DNA of 64,000 nt from Promethearchaeota archaeon (GTDB lineage Archaea; Asgardarchaeota; Lokiarchaeia; Sigyniarchaeales; SOKP01). How positions within the stretch are numbered: position 1 is the stretch's first letter; every line of letters begins with the position of its first letter. This document shows, piece by piece, positions 39,040-49,306 of the stretch. The notes beneath the pieces were generated by a model that worked only from the letters and a program-made list of their open reading frames with translations, did not search any database and was not told the origin of the DNA. The position numbers and the translations under genes are program-made. The stretch covers positions 64,001 to 128,000 of the forward strand of contig JBHLON010000001.1 in assembly GCA_048940445.1 (NCBI GenBank). Direction: 5' to 3'.

Positions 39040-40335
39040 ATGAAAATATTATATATTGATACCTCTAATTCTGGAATTTCTGGAGATATGTTCTTAGCTT
39101 CCTTATTAGATATAATACCTAATCCTAAGGAATTATTAGATGAGTTAAAACTAATAAAGAACTATGCTAAAGGAGTGAAAAAACTTGAAATTGCTTGGGA
39201 AAAAGTTAAAAGAACAGGAATTATGGTTAATCACCTTAAAGTGGAGATTGAAGAAAATAAAAATGAAAGATCATCTAAGAACCTAAAAGAATCCTTACAA
39301 GCATTTTTAGATGAAAGAAAGTATTCTGAATTAGCAAAAAAGTATGCTATTAAAGTTTTAGAATCATTATTTCAAGCAGAAGCAGAGGTTCATGATTCTT
39401 TAATAAAAGATATTCATCTGCATGAATTAAGTTCAGTAGACACATTAATTGATATTTTAGGAGTTTCAAAAGCTCTAGATATATTAGGATGTTTTAGCGA
39501 GAGTTTTGAGATATACTGTAGTAAAATTCCATTAGGAGCTGGCAAAATCAAGACTGCTCATGGAATATTAGCTATTCCAGCCCCTGCCACGATAAAAATA
39601 TTAGAAAATTCCAAGTTAATAACTGAATCTGGTCCTATAGAGAGTGAATTAGTTACTCCAACTGGTGCAGCTTTATTAGTTAATCTGAACCCAAAATTCT
39701 TAAGATATTCTGATGAAATGGAACTTAAAAAGGTAGCATATAGCACAGGGGATAAAGAGTTTAAAAGATTCTCAAATATCTTAAGAATTTTCTATGGCAA
39801 AGGTCCTGATATTAACATTCAATCAAATCAAATTTCTTTGAAAAAATATGTAGAAGACATAACTGTTATAGAAACTGATGTCGATGATGTGTCTGGAGAG
39901 CTACTGGGAAATTTAATTAAATGCTTGGAAAATAAACAAATTCTTGATATTCAAGTTATTCCAAGCATCACTAAAAAAAATAGACCAAGTCACATTGTTA
40001 AAGTATTATGTCATCCTGAAAACAGATTTGAAATAATAAAAACTCTGATAGACGAATTAGGAACTCTTGGCGTAAGATTTAATACTATAAAAAGGGTTTG
40101 TATAGATAGAAAGATAATTAATTCAGAATTGCAAATTCTTGATAAGATTTACCAAGTTTCCTTCAAGATAGCTTATTATGAAACTGAAAATAAAAAAAAA
40201 ATTGTTAACATTAAACCAGAATATGATGATCTTAAAAAAATTAGTTCTGAAACAGGAATATCATTAAAAGAAATTCTTACTTATGCGCAAGAGAAGTTAA
40301 AAAGATTAGCAGATGAATTTGAAATTAAATTCTAA
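39040..40335 (+). CDS. larC: Nickel-pincer cofactor biosynthesis protein LarC
   Basis: SGISGDMFL, HLHEL..VDTLID, HG.L.IPAPAT, ELVTPTGAA, ETDVDD.SGE, KKNRP and KPEYDD. Confidence 0.95.
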   Translation: MKILYIDTSNSGISGDMFLASLLDIIPNPKELLDELKLIKNYAKGVKKLEIAWEKVKRTGIMVNHLKVEIEENKNERSSKNLKESLQAFLDERKYSELAKKYAIKVLESLFQAEAEVHDSLIKDIHLHELSSVDTLIDILGVSKALDILGCFSESFEIYCSKIPLGAGKIKTAHGILAIPAPATIKILENSKLITESGPIESELVTPTGAALLVNLNPKFLRYSDEMELKKVAYSTGDKEFKRFSNILRIFYGKGPDINIQSNQISLKKYVEDITVIETDVDDVSGELLGNLIKCLENKQILDIQVIPSITKKNRPSHIVKVLCHPENRFEIIKTLIDELGTLGVRFNTIKRVCIDRKIINSELQILDKIYQVSFKIAYYETENKKKIVNIKPEYDDLKKISSETGISLKEILTYAQEKLKRLADEFEIKF

Positions 40336-40388
40336 TCAATTAAAAAAAAGAAATTTAAATTGATTTTTTCTTTCATCTTTACTTTAAA

Positions 40389-40922
40389 CTAAAATTTATC
40401 AACATTAAATTTGTGTAGAAGATACTCGTCCTCTGTGATTTCCTTCGAAAATTCTTTCAATCGAGAAAGCTCCCTTCTAATATCTTTCTCTTTTCTTAGT
40501 TTACCTAATTCATGATATATTCCTGCAGCTTCATTGAAAGTTTTTATACATTCATCATAATTACCTGAGACTTCAAGATCCTCTGCTAAAAAGACGAGAC
40601 TTTCTGCTATATCTAACTTTTTACCAAGTTTTTTCTGTATCTTTAATGATTGATATGAATATTTTAGACCTAATGGATATTGTTTAAATTTTGTATAAGT
40701 CCGTCCTAAAGCTCTGAGAACCATTGCCTCCTCGGTTTTAAGATTATTTTCTTGACAATACTTCAAAATATTATTCAAGAAATTGATTAACTCCTCTTTC
40801 TGCACTGTTTTGGAGCGTTCTATATGATTAATAGCTTTTTCATAACTCTCAATAGTACTAAGTATATCGCCACTTTCAAAAAATTGTTTTGATTTTTCAA
40901 AATCTTCAATGGTTGCGACCAT
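40389..40922 (-). CDS. Tetratricopeptide-repeat protein
   Basis: TPR-like helical pairs (AMVLRALGRTY...; AESLVFLAEDL...GNYDECIKTFNEA); ATG at 40922. Confidence 0.75.
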   Translation of the reverse strand: MVATIEDFEKSKQFFESGDILSTIESYEKAINHIERSKTVQKEELINFLNNILKYCQENNLKTEEAMVLRALGRTYTKFKQYPLGLKYSYQSLKIQKKLGKKLDIAESLVFLAEDLEVSGNYDECIKTFNEAAGIYHELGKLRKEKDIRRELSRLKEFSKEITEDEYLLHKFNVDKF

Positions 40923-41262
40923 CGGTCTCAACTCTAGTTACAAAATTTTTTTTCTGTAGATTTTATATAGAATTAGTTTCAATATTATCTATATTGATTT
41001 ACCTATTTATACTTTCCTATTATTTGAATGAATGTGTTTTACACCCGAAAACTACCTTTTTAGCTTGGTGATGTGAAAGTTAATAAAATATGGTTTAAAT
41101 CTTAATAAGTTTATAATAAGGTTATATGTAATTTTGTTCAAATAATCGTTTATACAAATCCAACATTATGAAAAAAGAAATAAAAATTAGATATAAAAAT
41201 AATCTTTTTTTAATTAGGATTTAGGGACTGTATTTATAAGAAAAAAAAAAGAAAATTAATAT

Positions 41263-41925
41263 TTATATCAAACCAAGTGGAACGAAAATACATAATGCAA
41301 CTATTCCAATGGCATAAATTATTCCAACTATCTTTATTTTATCCTTTAACTCAGGTTTATCATATACGTAAAACGCACCTACGAAGAAATAGAAGTATCC
41401 AATGAAGAAAATGGGAACTAATGAAATCCCCCACGTCCAATTCCACCAGGGATATTCCCAAATAAGATACCCTCCCAAATTTAGAAATATTTCCACGATT
41501 ACACAAAATAAAGAGAAACCAACTGCCATAGCCCATCTATTTGGTATTCGTCCAAATAATTTTTCATCCTTATCTTTAGGAAGAAATTTCGCAAATACGA
41601 TTCCTGCGATAGAAAACATAAAAGCAATCTCAATATTCCATCCAACCAAAATAATATAGGCACTTGCTCCTGGAGTCGTCCAAACTGCTGAATAATTTGA
41701 AAAAGCGAAAACAAGAGCATTCCAAATTTCATTGATTAAATCTAAGCCCAAAACTGTCAACCCTGCAAATATTGTACTCCAGTCCTTTGTTTCTCTTGCT
41801 TTTTTAATCTCTACACCATAGATGTATAAGACAATAGCAAGGAGAGGGATAATATACCAACCAAATTCAGGGTTAAGAACCCTTAATTTTGACCATGCTT
41901 CTAATGAAGCAGGAGTCGGAACCAT
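41263..41925 (-). CDS. Multi-pass membrane protein of unknown function
   Basis: About 6 TM helices; conserved-looking 'DLINEIWNAL', 'GWNIEI' and 'VEIFLN' with membrane-embedded acidic residues. Confidence 0.7.
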   Translation of the reverse strand: MVPTPASLEAWSKLRVLNPEFGWYIIPLLAIVLYIYGVEIKKARETKDWSTIFAGLTVLGLDLINEIWNALVFAFSNYSAVWTTPGASAYIILVGWNIEIAFMFSIAGIVFAKFLPKDKDEKLFGRIPNRWAMAVGFSLFCVIVEIFLNLGGYLIWEYPWWNWTWGISLVPIFFIGYFYFFVGAFYVYDKPELKDKIKIVGIIYAIGIVALCIFVPLGLI

Positions 41926-42022
41926 ATTAAATCAACCTTTTTTTAAATCTTTTTTGTAATAAATTGTTTATTGAATTCATTTAAGAAGTATTTATAGTTT
42001 TTTATGTGAGTCCTTGAAAAAA

Positions 42023-42808
42023 TTATTTGGCCATTTGATTTGCAATTAAAGCAGCAGAAGCTCCAGCTCCAAAACCATTATCAATATTCACTACTACTAA
42101 ACCTGGAGAACAAGATTGTAACATGGTTGTTAGAGCTCCTAGGCCTTTCTCTCCTAGGCCATAACCACTTGACACTGGAACACCTATAACTGGGACATCT
42201 ACAAGAGCAGCAACCACACCAGGTAAGGTTCCCTCCATTCCAGCACAAACAATAATAATATGAACCCCTTTTTTTATCATATCACTAAGAGGATTAAAAA
42301 TACGATGGATTCCGGCGATGCCTAAATCATAACTGGTGATAACTTTACAACCCATTGATTCGGCGATTACTTTTGCTTCTTCGGCAATCGGAATATCCGA
42401 ACTTCCAGCAGTAATTATTCCAATAATCCCACCTTCTTTTTGGAATTCAAATCCCTTTTCTTTAATAATTATTGTTTTAGCTAATTCATTGAAATTTAAC
42501 ACGTATGTTTCATTATTATCGAACTTATTCTTGATAACTTCCTTTTGATCTTCTGTATATCTTGAGATTATAGCAAATCTTTTCTTTTTTAAGAATGTTT
42601 CAGTAATTTGTAAGATTAATTGAGGATTTTTGCTTTTAGCGTATATTACCTCAACTATTCCAGTTCGAGCTTTTCTATAAATATCTAGTTTAGCGCTATC
42701 TCCTACTTCCTCGATCAAATTGGCTTTTAATAGTTTCTCTGCTTCCTCTATAGAACATTCCTTATTCAGTAATTTTTTTAAGATTTCTCTCATATTTTCC
42801 ATATACAT
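42023..42808 (-). CDS. larB: Nickel-pincer cofactor biosynthesis protein LarB
   Basis: LD..R..RTG..EVIY, TAGSSDIPIAEEA, AGMEGTLP, PVSSGYG and VVNIDNGFGAG. Confidence 0.95.
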   Translation of the reverse strand: MYMENMREILKKLLNKECSIEEAEKLLKANLIEEVGDSAKLDIYRKARTGIVEVIYAKSKNPQLILQITETFLKKKRFAIISRYTEDQKEVIKNKFDNNETYVLNFNELAKTIIIKEKGFEFQKEGGIIGIITAGSSDIPIAEEAKVIAESMGCKVITSYDLGIAGIHRIFNPLSDMIKKGVHIIIVCAGMEGTLPGVVAALVDVPVIGVPVSSGYGLGEKGLGALTTMLQSCSPGLVVVNIDNGFGAGASAALIANQMAK

Positions 42809-43132
42809 TCACTATAAATTAATTATAACTTCTAATTATCTTTATCTATTATTTGTTCTGGATAAGGTTTATACTTTTTATCGAATTTTGTAAAGAAATA
42901 GGATATATTTAGATTTCCTTAAGTAGATTTATCTTATGTCTTTTTCCAAAGGAAAAAAATTAAAAACCATACTAAAGATTTAAAAATTAATAAATTAAGA
43001 AAATTAGGAAATTAATTTAATTACGAATTGGTAATAATTGAGAGATATTATCTTACTTTTTGAGAATCGTTTAAAAACATAAGGCTTAAATACATAGATT
43101 GTATTTCTTATAATGGTCAAAGAGGGTGACCT

Positions 43133-44026
43133 ATGAAAAAAAAAGAATTAAGTTTGCTAATTTTTATTGTTACTACGTTCCTACTGAGTTTTAATATGTT
43201 GATTCCTAACATTAATTGTAATCCTTTACCAGCACCAGAAGATCATTTTGTGGGAGGAATTGTCTCTAATAAAAGTATTTCTCTAAATCTACTTAATGCT
43301 GACGTACTTTTTAATATTGACTCTACAAATTTTTCCAATAATATTGGTATTGATTTCTCTGGAAATTATACTATTTTTAATCCTAATGAAAAAACTAATA
43401 TAACCTTATATGCCCCTTTCTCTTTAGAGACAGATGTTGTAAGTTCAAATTGTGTAGTTCAAGTAAATGAAACAATAGTTCCATTTAAAATAATTAACAT
43501 ATATGACCTTGATTATAATGTTTATTCATATATAGAGGATTATTTATCATCTTCAAGTTCTATTTGGGGTATAGCTTTAATTATATGCAATTTAACAATC
43601 TCAGAGAATAGTACTAATACTATTAAATATCAATTTAGTGGTATTATAGAGAGAAGATCAAATGACTTTTCTATCAATTATGATTTAGGGACAGCAAGAG
43701 CTTGGGAAGGAGATTTAAATGAATTTGTTGAATTTAAAGTGATAGGAAAGATTCCTGACAGCTATAGAGAATATACAAATGGCACTTCTGAAGATCGCTG
43801 TGAAATAACTGACATTGATAATGGTAAAGTATATACATGGGAATGGAATAATGAAAAAACAAATATATTACAAGTAGGAATAATTTATAGGGAAAGACTA
43901 TTCAGTTTTGAATTTATAATCTTAATAATTATTCTCGTAGGTATTTCAGCTATAATAGCTATCCCAGTAACCATAATATTGATAAGAAGAAGGAGAAGAA
44001 CTCAAAAGGAAATATATACTCACTAA
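43133..44026 (+). CDS. Secreted protein with C-terminal membrane anchor
   Basis: Signal peptide, beta-rich body with 'YDLGTARAWEG', C-terminal TM followed by RRRRR. Confidence 0.7.
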   Translation: MKKKELSLLIFIVTTFLLSFNMLIPNINCNPLPAPEDHFVGGIVSNKSISLNLLNADVLFNIDSTNFSNNIGIDFSGNYTIFNPNEKTNITLYAPFSLETDVVSSNCVVQVNETIVPFKIINIYDLDYNVYSYIEDYLSSSSSIWGIALIICNLTISENSTNTIKYQFSGIIERRSNDFSINYDLGTARAWEGDLNEFVEFKVIGKIPDSYREYTNGTSEDRCEITDIDNGKVYTWEWNNEKTNILQVGIIYRERLFSFEFIILIIILVGISAIIAIPVTIILIRRRRRTQKEIYTH

Positions 44027-44303
44027 GAATTAGCTTAAAATTGTGAAAGTTAGTATTAATTGGATAAAGATAGAAAGGAAAATATCTAAAAAGTCTTATT
44101 GGATATATAAAATGAATATCCAACATTAGTTAATCCAGTTTGTAAGATATATCTTTTTAGAGGGATTTATGTTCTTATCCATAATGCATGTGCTTCCTCA
44201 ATCACATTGGCTTTAATTACTGCTCTGGTTTTTCAATAGAAAATGCTTTATTCAATAACTTCTTTAATATATTAGCACATTTTCAGGATTATCTTCCCAC
44301 AAA

Positions 44304-44813
44304 TTAATTATCGTTATGTATTATATGTTCAGGATAAGGCTTAATATTTTTAAGGGAAGTGCGTAAAAATGATGGGTAAACCTCAAACTTTTCAAGATCA
44401 GTTATATTGAACCATCTAAAAATAAGTTTAAGTTCTCTTCCATAAAGTTCATCTTTTTCAAACCTTAATTGAGACTCTTTCCCATAGAAGGTATCTTTCT
44501 CTATAACTTTTTTAGATTCTGGAGGAAATTCCATCAGATAGATAATAGATACTTCATGGTAATCTCGGTTTTCAAATTTAAAAAAACTTTCTACGAAATA
44601 TAAAGGTCTTATAATCTTTATGGCAATCCCGATTTCTTCTTTCATCTCTCTTCTAAGAGTTTCCTTAGAATTTTCCAATAATTCACATCTTCCTCCAGGT
44701 AATGCCCAAAAGTCATCTTGTTCACTTCTGTGTAATAAAACTTTATTATTTAAAATAGCAACCCCCGCAATTCTAAATGCAAATCGTTTTTTTCTCTTTT
44801 CAAAAGTTATCAT
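44304..44813 (-). CDS. NUDIX hydrolase
   Basis: Nudix box LPGGRCELLENSKETLRREMKEEIG. Confidence 0.93.
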   Translation of the reverse strand: MITFEKRKKRFAFRIAGVAILNNKVLLHRSEQDDFWALPGGRCELLENSKETLRREMKEEIGIAIKIIRPLYFVESFFKFENRDYHEVSIIYLMEFPPESKKVIEKDTFYGKESQLRFEKDELYGRELKLIFRWFNITDLEKFEVYPSFLRTSLKNIKPYPEHIIHNDN

Positions 44814-44990
44814 TTAATATATCTTAATGATTAATTCTAATTAAATGAAGTAAATAAGGCTGCTTATAAAAGATATACAAATTAAAATACGATTTTTAAT
44901 TCGAATACAAAAAAAATATTAACTTATCAAGATTTTTTTGTTAGTAAATATTAAAATTATTTAAAATCTACTTTCAAATCCTAAATAAAA

Positions 44991-46223
44991 GTGATAACTA
45001 AAATGAAAATCGATTATACATCCTATAAAGATGTAGATTTAAGAGGAAAAAAAGTAATAATGCGCGTGGATATCAATTCGAATATTGATGTAGAAAAAAT
45101 GGAAATAAGAGACTCTCCTAGAATTCGTGCATTAGTTCCTGCTTTGGAAGAACTAAAAGAAAGCGCAGTAATATTAATGGCACACCAATCACGCCCCGGT
45201 GAAAAAGATTTTATAAACTTAGATCTTCATGCAAAAGAAATTGAAAAAGAATTAGGACGGCCGGTGAAATTTGTACCCGACATTTTTGGTGAAAAAGCAG
45301 TTCAAGCAATTAAAGAGTTAAAACCAGGAGAAATCCTTCTTTTAAATAACGTCCGTATGTGGGAGGGGGAAATGGCAAAATATGAAAGCTTTAAAGATGC
45401 TGAAAACACTGAGATGATCAAGACTTTATACCCACTAGTTGATTATGTTATTGTAGATGCATTTGGAGCCGCTCACCGAGCACATGTTTCTATTATAGGG
45501 TGGCCTAAAATGTTAGCTGGTCCAATTACTACTAATGAATTAAATGCATTAAAAAAAATAATGCATATCCCAGATAAACCCATGGCTATGCTAATTGGGG
45601 GTGCGAAGGCAATTGATAAATTTAAAGCGATGAGATATAATTTTGATAATGAGAAGCTTGATTACGCTCTCTGCTCTGGATTAACTGCTATTTTAATTTT
45701 TGAAGCACTGGGTAAAAATATGGGTGCCCCAAATCATAAGATCATTGCTAAGGATTTAGAGGAAAATAAAAATATGATTAAGGAAACCTATGCAAAGTAT
45801 GAAGATAAAATTGTACTTCCTAAAGACTTAGTAATAGATGATAATGGCAAAAGAAAAGTAATTTCAATTGATGAGGCAGGTATATATAACACTACAACTG
45901 GAGATATAGGCCCTAAAACAGAAGTTGAATTTAAAGATATAATTATGAAATGCAAGACGATTGTAGCCAACGGACCTCCTGGAATTTTCGAGCAAGAAGT
46001 TTTCAGAGAAGCTACCGATGAAATGGTTAAGACAATGGTCAAAGCAACTAAAGAAAATGGAGCACTAACAATAATCGGAGGCGGTGAAATGGGTGCTGCT
46101 GCTTCAATGGCAGGTTTAGCAGATGAAGTTTCTTTTATTTCCACTGCGGGAGGAGCAATGCTGGAAATCCTTTCAGGAAAAGATCTTCCCATGATTAAAG
46201 CTTTAAGAGAAAAGAAGGTCTAA
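44991..46223 (+). CDS. pgk: Phosphoglycerate kinase
   Basis: RVDINS, AHQSRPG, DAFGAAHR, GGAK, NGPPGIFE and ISTAGGAMLE. Start may be ATG 45003. Confidence 0.96.
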   Translation: MITKMKIDYTSYKDVDLRGKKVIMRVDINSNIDVEKMEIRDSPRIRALVPALEELKESAVILMAHQSRPGEKDFINLDLHAKEIEKELGRPVKFVPDIFGEKAVQAIKELKPGEILLLNNVRMWEGEMAKYESFKDAENTEMIKTLYPLVDYVIVDAFGAAHRAHVSIIGWPKMLAGPITTNELNALKKIMHIPDKPMAMLIGGAKAIDKFKAMRYNFDNEKLDYALCSGLTAILIFEALGKNMGAPNHKIIAKDLEENKNMIKETYAKYEDKIVLPKDLVIDDNGKRKVISIDEAGIYNTTTGDIGPKTEVEFKDIIMKCKTIVANGPPGIFEQEVFREATDEMVKTMVKATKENGALTIIGGGEMGAAASMAGLADEVSFISTAGGAMLEILSGKDLPMIKALREKKV

Positions 46224-46403
46224 TTAAATCTAAATTTTATTTTTTAATTTTTTAAGTAATCTAAATGCTCTTTCACATTTATTAAATCGAGTTATGAAGT
46301 TAGATTATTTAAGTAATTAATCCCGAGCTCCAACTTTATTCTTTGTGATAACTTTTATATATCAGTAAATCCAAATAGATTTATCCAATATTTGGTGATT
46401 TAA

Positions 46404-47036
46404 ATGAGTATAACGTTCGATTTCTTTTTACCGTTTGGATTTCTGTATTGGAGTTGGTTAACATGGATTCTTTTTATCATTTTCGTCCTTACATACTTAT
46501 TCCTCATTTTAGGAAGTAGGGATTTAAAAAGGGACAATTTTGCATCTACAAAATTCTTGTTTGTCATTGGGATCTTACTTTTAGTTTGGTATATTCTAGT
46601 ACAACTTTTTATTCCTTCAATGTCCGTTACTTCACCGACTCCAATGGAATTTATCATTTACATTATCTATACTTTGTTTCTAGGATCCGGGATAATCTAT
46701 CAAGTTTTACATATTATATTAGGAATTGGATTTATTAAAGTTGGAAGCAGTAATAGAGACCATGGTGGAACTGTCGCATTGGTTGGTGGTATTTTATATC
46801 TTATAGCATGGATACTTATTATGTTAAGTGACATATTTTTTTCGTTTATTCCAGTATATCTTTCTTCACTACTATTTAGCGTTATTGGTTGGCTTATAAT
46901 TATCACAAGCCTTGCAGCGGCAATTTTAATCTTTATCTTCAGTATCTTTACTAAGAGACCTTTGTTTATAGTATTTGGTGCTTTATTCTTAGCGATTTAC
47001 TCTTTCCAATTCTTATATTTAACTGGAATTATATGA
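46404..47036 (+). CDS. Multi-pass membrane protein
   Basis: About 6 hydrophobic helices; no motif recognised. Confidence 0.7.
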   Translation: MSITFDFFLPFGFLYWSWLTWILFIIFVLTYLFLILGSRDLKRDNFASTKFLFVIGILLLVWYILVQLFIPSMSVTSPTPMEFIIYIIYTLFLGSGIIYQVLHIILGIGFIKVGSSNRDHGGTVALVGGILYLIAWILIMLSDIFFSFIPVYLSSLLFSVIGWLIIITSLAAAILIFIFSIFTKRPLFIVFGALFLAIYSFQFLYLTGII

Positions 47037-47055
47037 CATTAATCAATTTCTTTTT

Positions 47056-47427
47056 TTATTTCTTTATACTTAATTTTTCTCTGTTTTCCTCAGTATCTTC
47101 ATAAATGTGCCACTCAGCGACTAAATCGTTTTCAATAGTTGCTGTCCATATTGCATGATCCTCTTCTAATGAATCTTCTGACCATCTAGCATAACCGATT
47201 AATATCACTAAATTTTCTTGAGATTCCACCTGTGTAAAGGTATTTTTGTAAGTAGGGAAATTCTGGAAGAATTCTTTCCAACCATTTATCATATCTCCAA
47301 AACAATCTCCATGGCGATCGATAAATACATGGTCCTTTGTCATGAGATTAGTAATCCCTTTTATATCTTGATTATTAATGCAATCATTAAATAGTAATGC
47401 GATTAATTTTGGGTCCCTAGAGTTCAT
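47056..47427 (-). CDS. SnoaL/NTF2-like protein
   Basis: 'FNDCINNQD...MTKDHVFID...W..FF..FP.Y...AEWHIYEDT' fits the SnoaL-like pattern. Confidence 0.8.
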   Translation of the reverse strand: MNSRDPKLIALLFNDCINNQDIKGITNLMTKDHVFIDRHGDCFGDMINGWKEFFQNFPTYKNTFTQVESQENLVILIGYARWSEDSLEEDHAIWTATIENDLVAEWHIYEDTEENREKLSIKK

Positions 47428-47561
47428 AAAACCACCTTAGAAAGAAGTATTCTAACGCCTTGTCTCTTTATTCAAAAACTAATAAAATATTTATTTTTTA
47501 ATAAAATAAATTACATATTATTATTTTAAAAATATTATTAATGAAAATAGAAAACATTAAA

Positions 47562-47665
47562 GGGCCCATGGTCTAGAGAATTCGTTATATATAGAAGATT
47601 CGGAAATTTGGTATGACGTCCGCTTGACGTGCGGAAGGTCGGGAGTTCAAGTCTCCCTGGGCCCA
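47562..47665 (+). tRNA. tRNA-Val(GAC) with ~30-nt insertion (probable non-canonical intron) in the D-loop
   Basis: Acceptor GGGCCCA/TGGGCCC-A; anticodon arm TCCGC-TT-GAC-GT-GCGGA; T-arm GGGAG-TTCAAGT-CTCCC; D-arm GTCTAG...TGGTATGAC interrupted at about 47577-47607. Confidence 0.9.
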
Positions 47666-47701
47666 TTAACTTATCAAAAGTTAAGAGGAACACCAAAAGC
47701 T

Positions 47702-48181
47702 ATGCCAATAAGAATTCGTTGGAGATCAAAGGAAAATATCCCTTTTGCTTTAATGATTTTAGGAGGATGTGGTCTTTTCCAAGTATTATTTATTTTTATT
47801 GCTCAATACTTATTAAGAGTTGGAAATTATATAATGATCATTTTAATCCCATTTGGAGCAATAATAGGGTTATACTTTGGAACTACTATGGTTTTTGAAG
47901 CTTTTGCCCAAGAACAACGAAGAAGGAAATTAAAAAGGCAGTTTCAAAAATTAAGATTCGACTTTTCGATTATTCAAAGATTTTTAGACTTTCCTGTAGT
48001 TAAACCATTACTTATTATATTTATGATTTTCACTCCTTTGTTCTTTATTACATATTATGCAACTCTTTATTATTTGGGTAATATAATTTCCTTTTTAGTT
48101 GCTGAAATTTTTTCGACTTTAATCTGTTTACTTATAGCAAATCTCGTTGAAAAGAAATATGGAAAAGTAAAAAGATACTAA
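47702..48181 (+). CDS. Four-TM membrane protein
   Basis: Real start likely ATG 47702 (MPIRIRW), since the track's TTG start lies inside the tRNA; four hydrophobic helices. Confidence 0.7.
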   Translation: MPIRIRWRSKENIPFALMILGGCGLFQVLFIFIAQYLLRVGNYIMIILIPFGAIIGLYFGTTMVFEAFAQEQRRRKLKRQFQKLRFDFSIIQRFLDFPVVKPLLIIFMIFTPLFFITYYATLYYLGNIISFLVAEIFSTLICLLIANLVEKKYGKVKRY

Positions 48182-48314
48182 AAAATCAATTAAATATTTT
48201 TTTTTGATCTCGTAATTATTAAGAAATCATAATAATTTAATACCAAAATAGTTATTATGTATATAACCATAATCGCAATAGGATAAATCTATAATTAAAA
48301 GTTCGATTTCTATC

Positions 48315-49157
48315 ATGGCTAAACTTCAAGTTCGATGCCCTTCTTGTTCAAAGAGTAATTTCATTGAGGTTTCAGATGAAGAAGTTAAAAAAGCGTCAAA
48401 AGGTCTTTTTGCTGTAAATGTTGCAGAAGGGATAGTATGTAACCATTCTTTTGTGGCTTATGTAGATAAAAATTTTACTGTAAGAGATGCTTTCATAGCC
48501 GATTTTCAAGTTGAACTTCCGAGTACTAATACTGAAAAAGTTGTTGAAGTAAAAAAAGATTTTTCTGATTTATTTGACATTGATTTGATTAAATTAAATA
48601 TTACCGCCTCTTTATTAGGATATGTTCTAAGAGCTATGATATTTAAAAAGAAAATTGTACTAATTTCTAATCAACAATATATCTTTAATCAAGTTTCAAA
48701 CTTTTTTCATTACATCACCGAAAATTCTTTTGGGATAGATCTTATCTTAATTGATGAGAATCAATATAACAAGGACTCATTTGGCGATCATTTCGCTTTT
48801 AAAGGTCGAGAAATTGTTACTGATTTTAACGGTAAGCTCGAATCCACAAAGATAAATGTTGAGAAAACTATAATTCAAAAATTCTTAAATGAATATGATC
48901 CTATGACAAGCTTAATCATACTAAAGAATGAAATTCAAAAAGCATTTCAGCTGTCTAAAACAATAGTAGAGATAATTAACAATTTAAAGAAAAATGAAAA
49001 AATCTATTCTAAAAAATTAATAATTGAATTAGAAAAAAGACATAATCTAAAAATAGTAATACCCTATTTAGAGTTTCTTTATGAAATTGTAGAAAATTAT
49101 TTTGACGTAAAAATCCCAAAATCGTCAGGTATTTCCAATTTCCTCGGGACCTTATAA
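48315..49157 (+). CDS. Hypothetical protein with N-terminal CxxC...CxH zinc-binding domain
   Basis: RCPSC...VCNHSFVAYVDKNFTVRD; a pattern I recall from lokiarchaeal hypothetical proteins. Confidence 0.65.
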   Translation: MAKLQVRCPSCSKSNFIEVSDEEVKKASKGLFAVNVAEGIVCNHSFVAYVDKNFTVRDAFIADFQVELPSTNTEKVVEVKKDFSDLFDIDLIKLNITASLLGYVLRAMIFKKKIVLISNQQYIFNQVSNFFHYITENSFGIDLILIDENQYNKDSFGDHFAFKGREIVTDFNGKLESTKINVEKTIIQKFLNEYDPMTSLIILKNEIQKAFQLSKTIVEIINNLKKNEKIYSKKLIIELEKRHNLKIVIPYLEFLYEIVENYFDVKIPKSSGISNFLGTL

Positions 49158-49306
49158 ATTTAGATCAAAAAGCTAATATAATTACTTTGAATACTTACCT
49201 AATAATATTAACTACTTATTCTGATCTAAATATAGGAAATATTAAATTAATTGATTATTATTAGACAATCATATTAATAGGATAAGGAAAACGTGTTATA
49301 AATAAG

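Noticed and set aside
40389-40922. Alpha-SNAP homolog
   Set aside because: Only generic TPR character is visible; too short and no SNAP-specific features recognisable by eye.
47624-47701. N-terminal extension of the membrane protein (track start 47624) and ORF 47629-47898
   Set aside because: They overlap the tRNA-Val gene; ATG 47702 is the plausible start.
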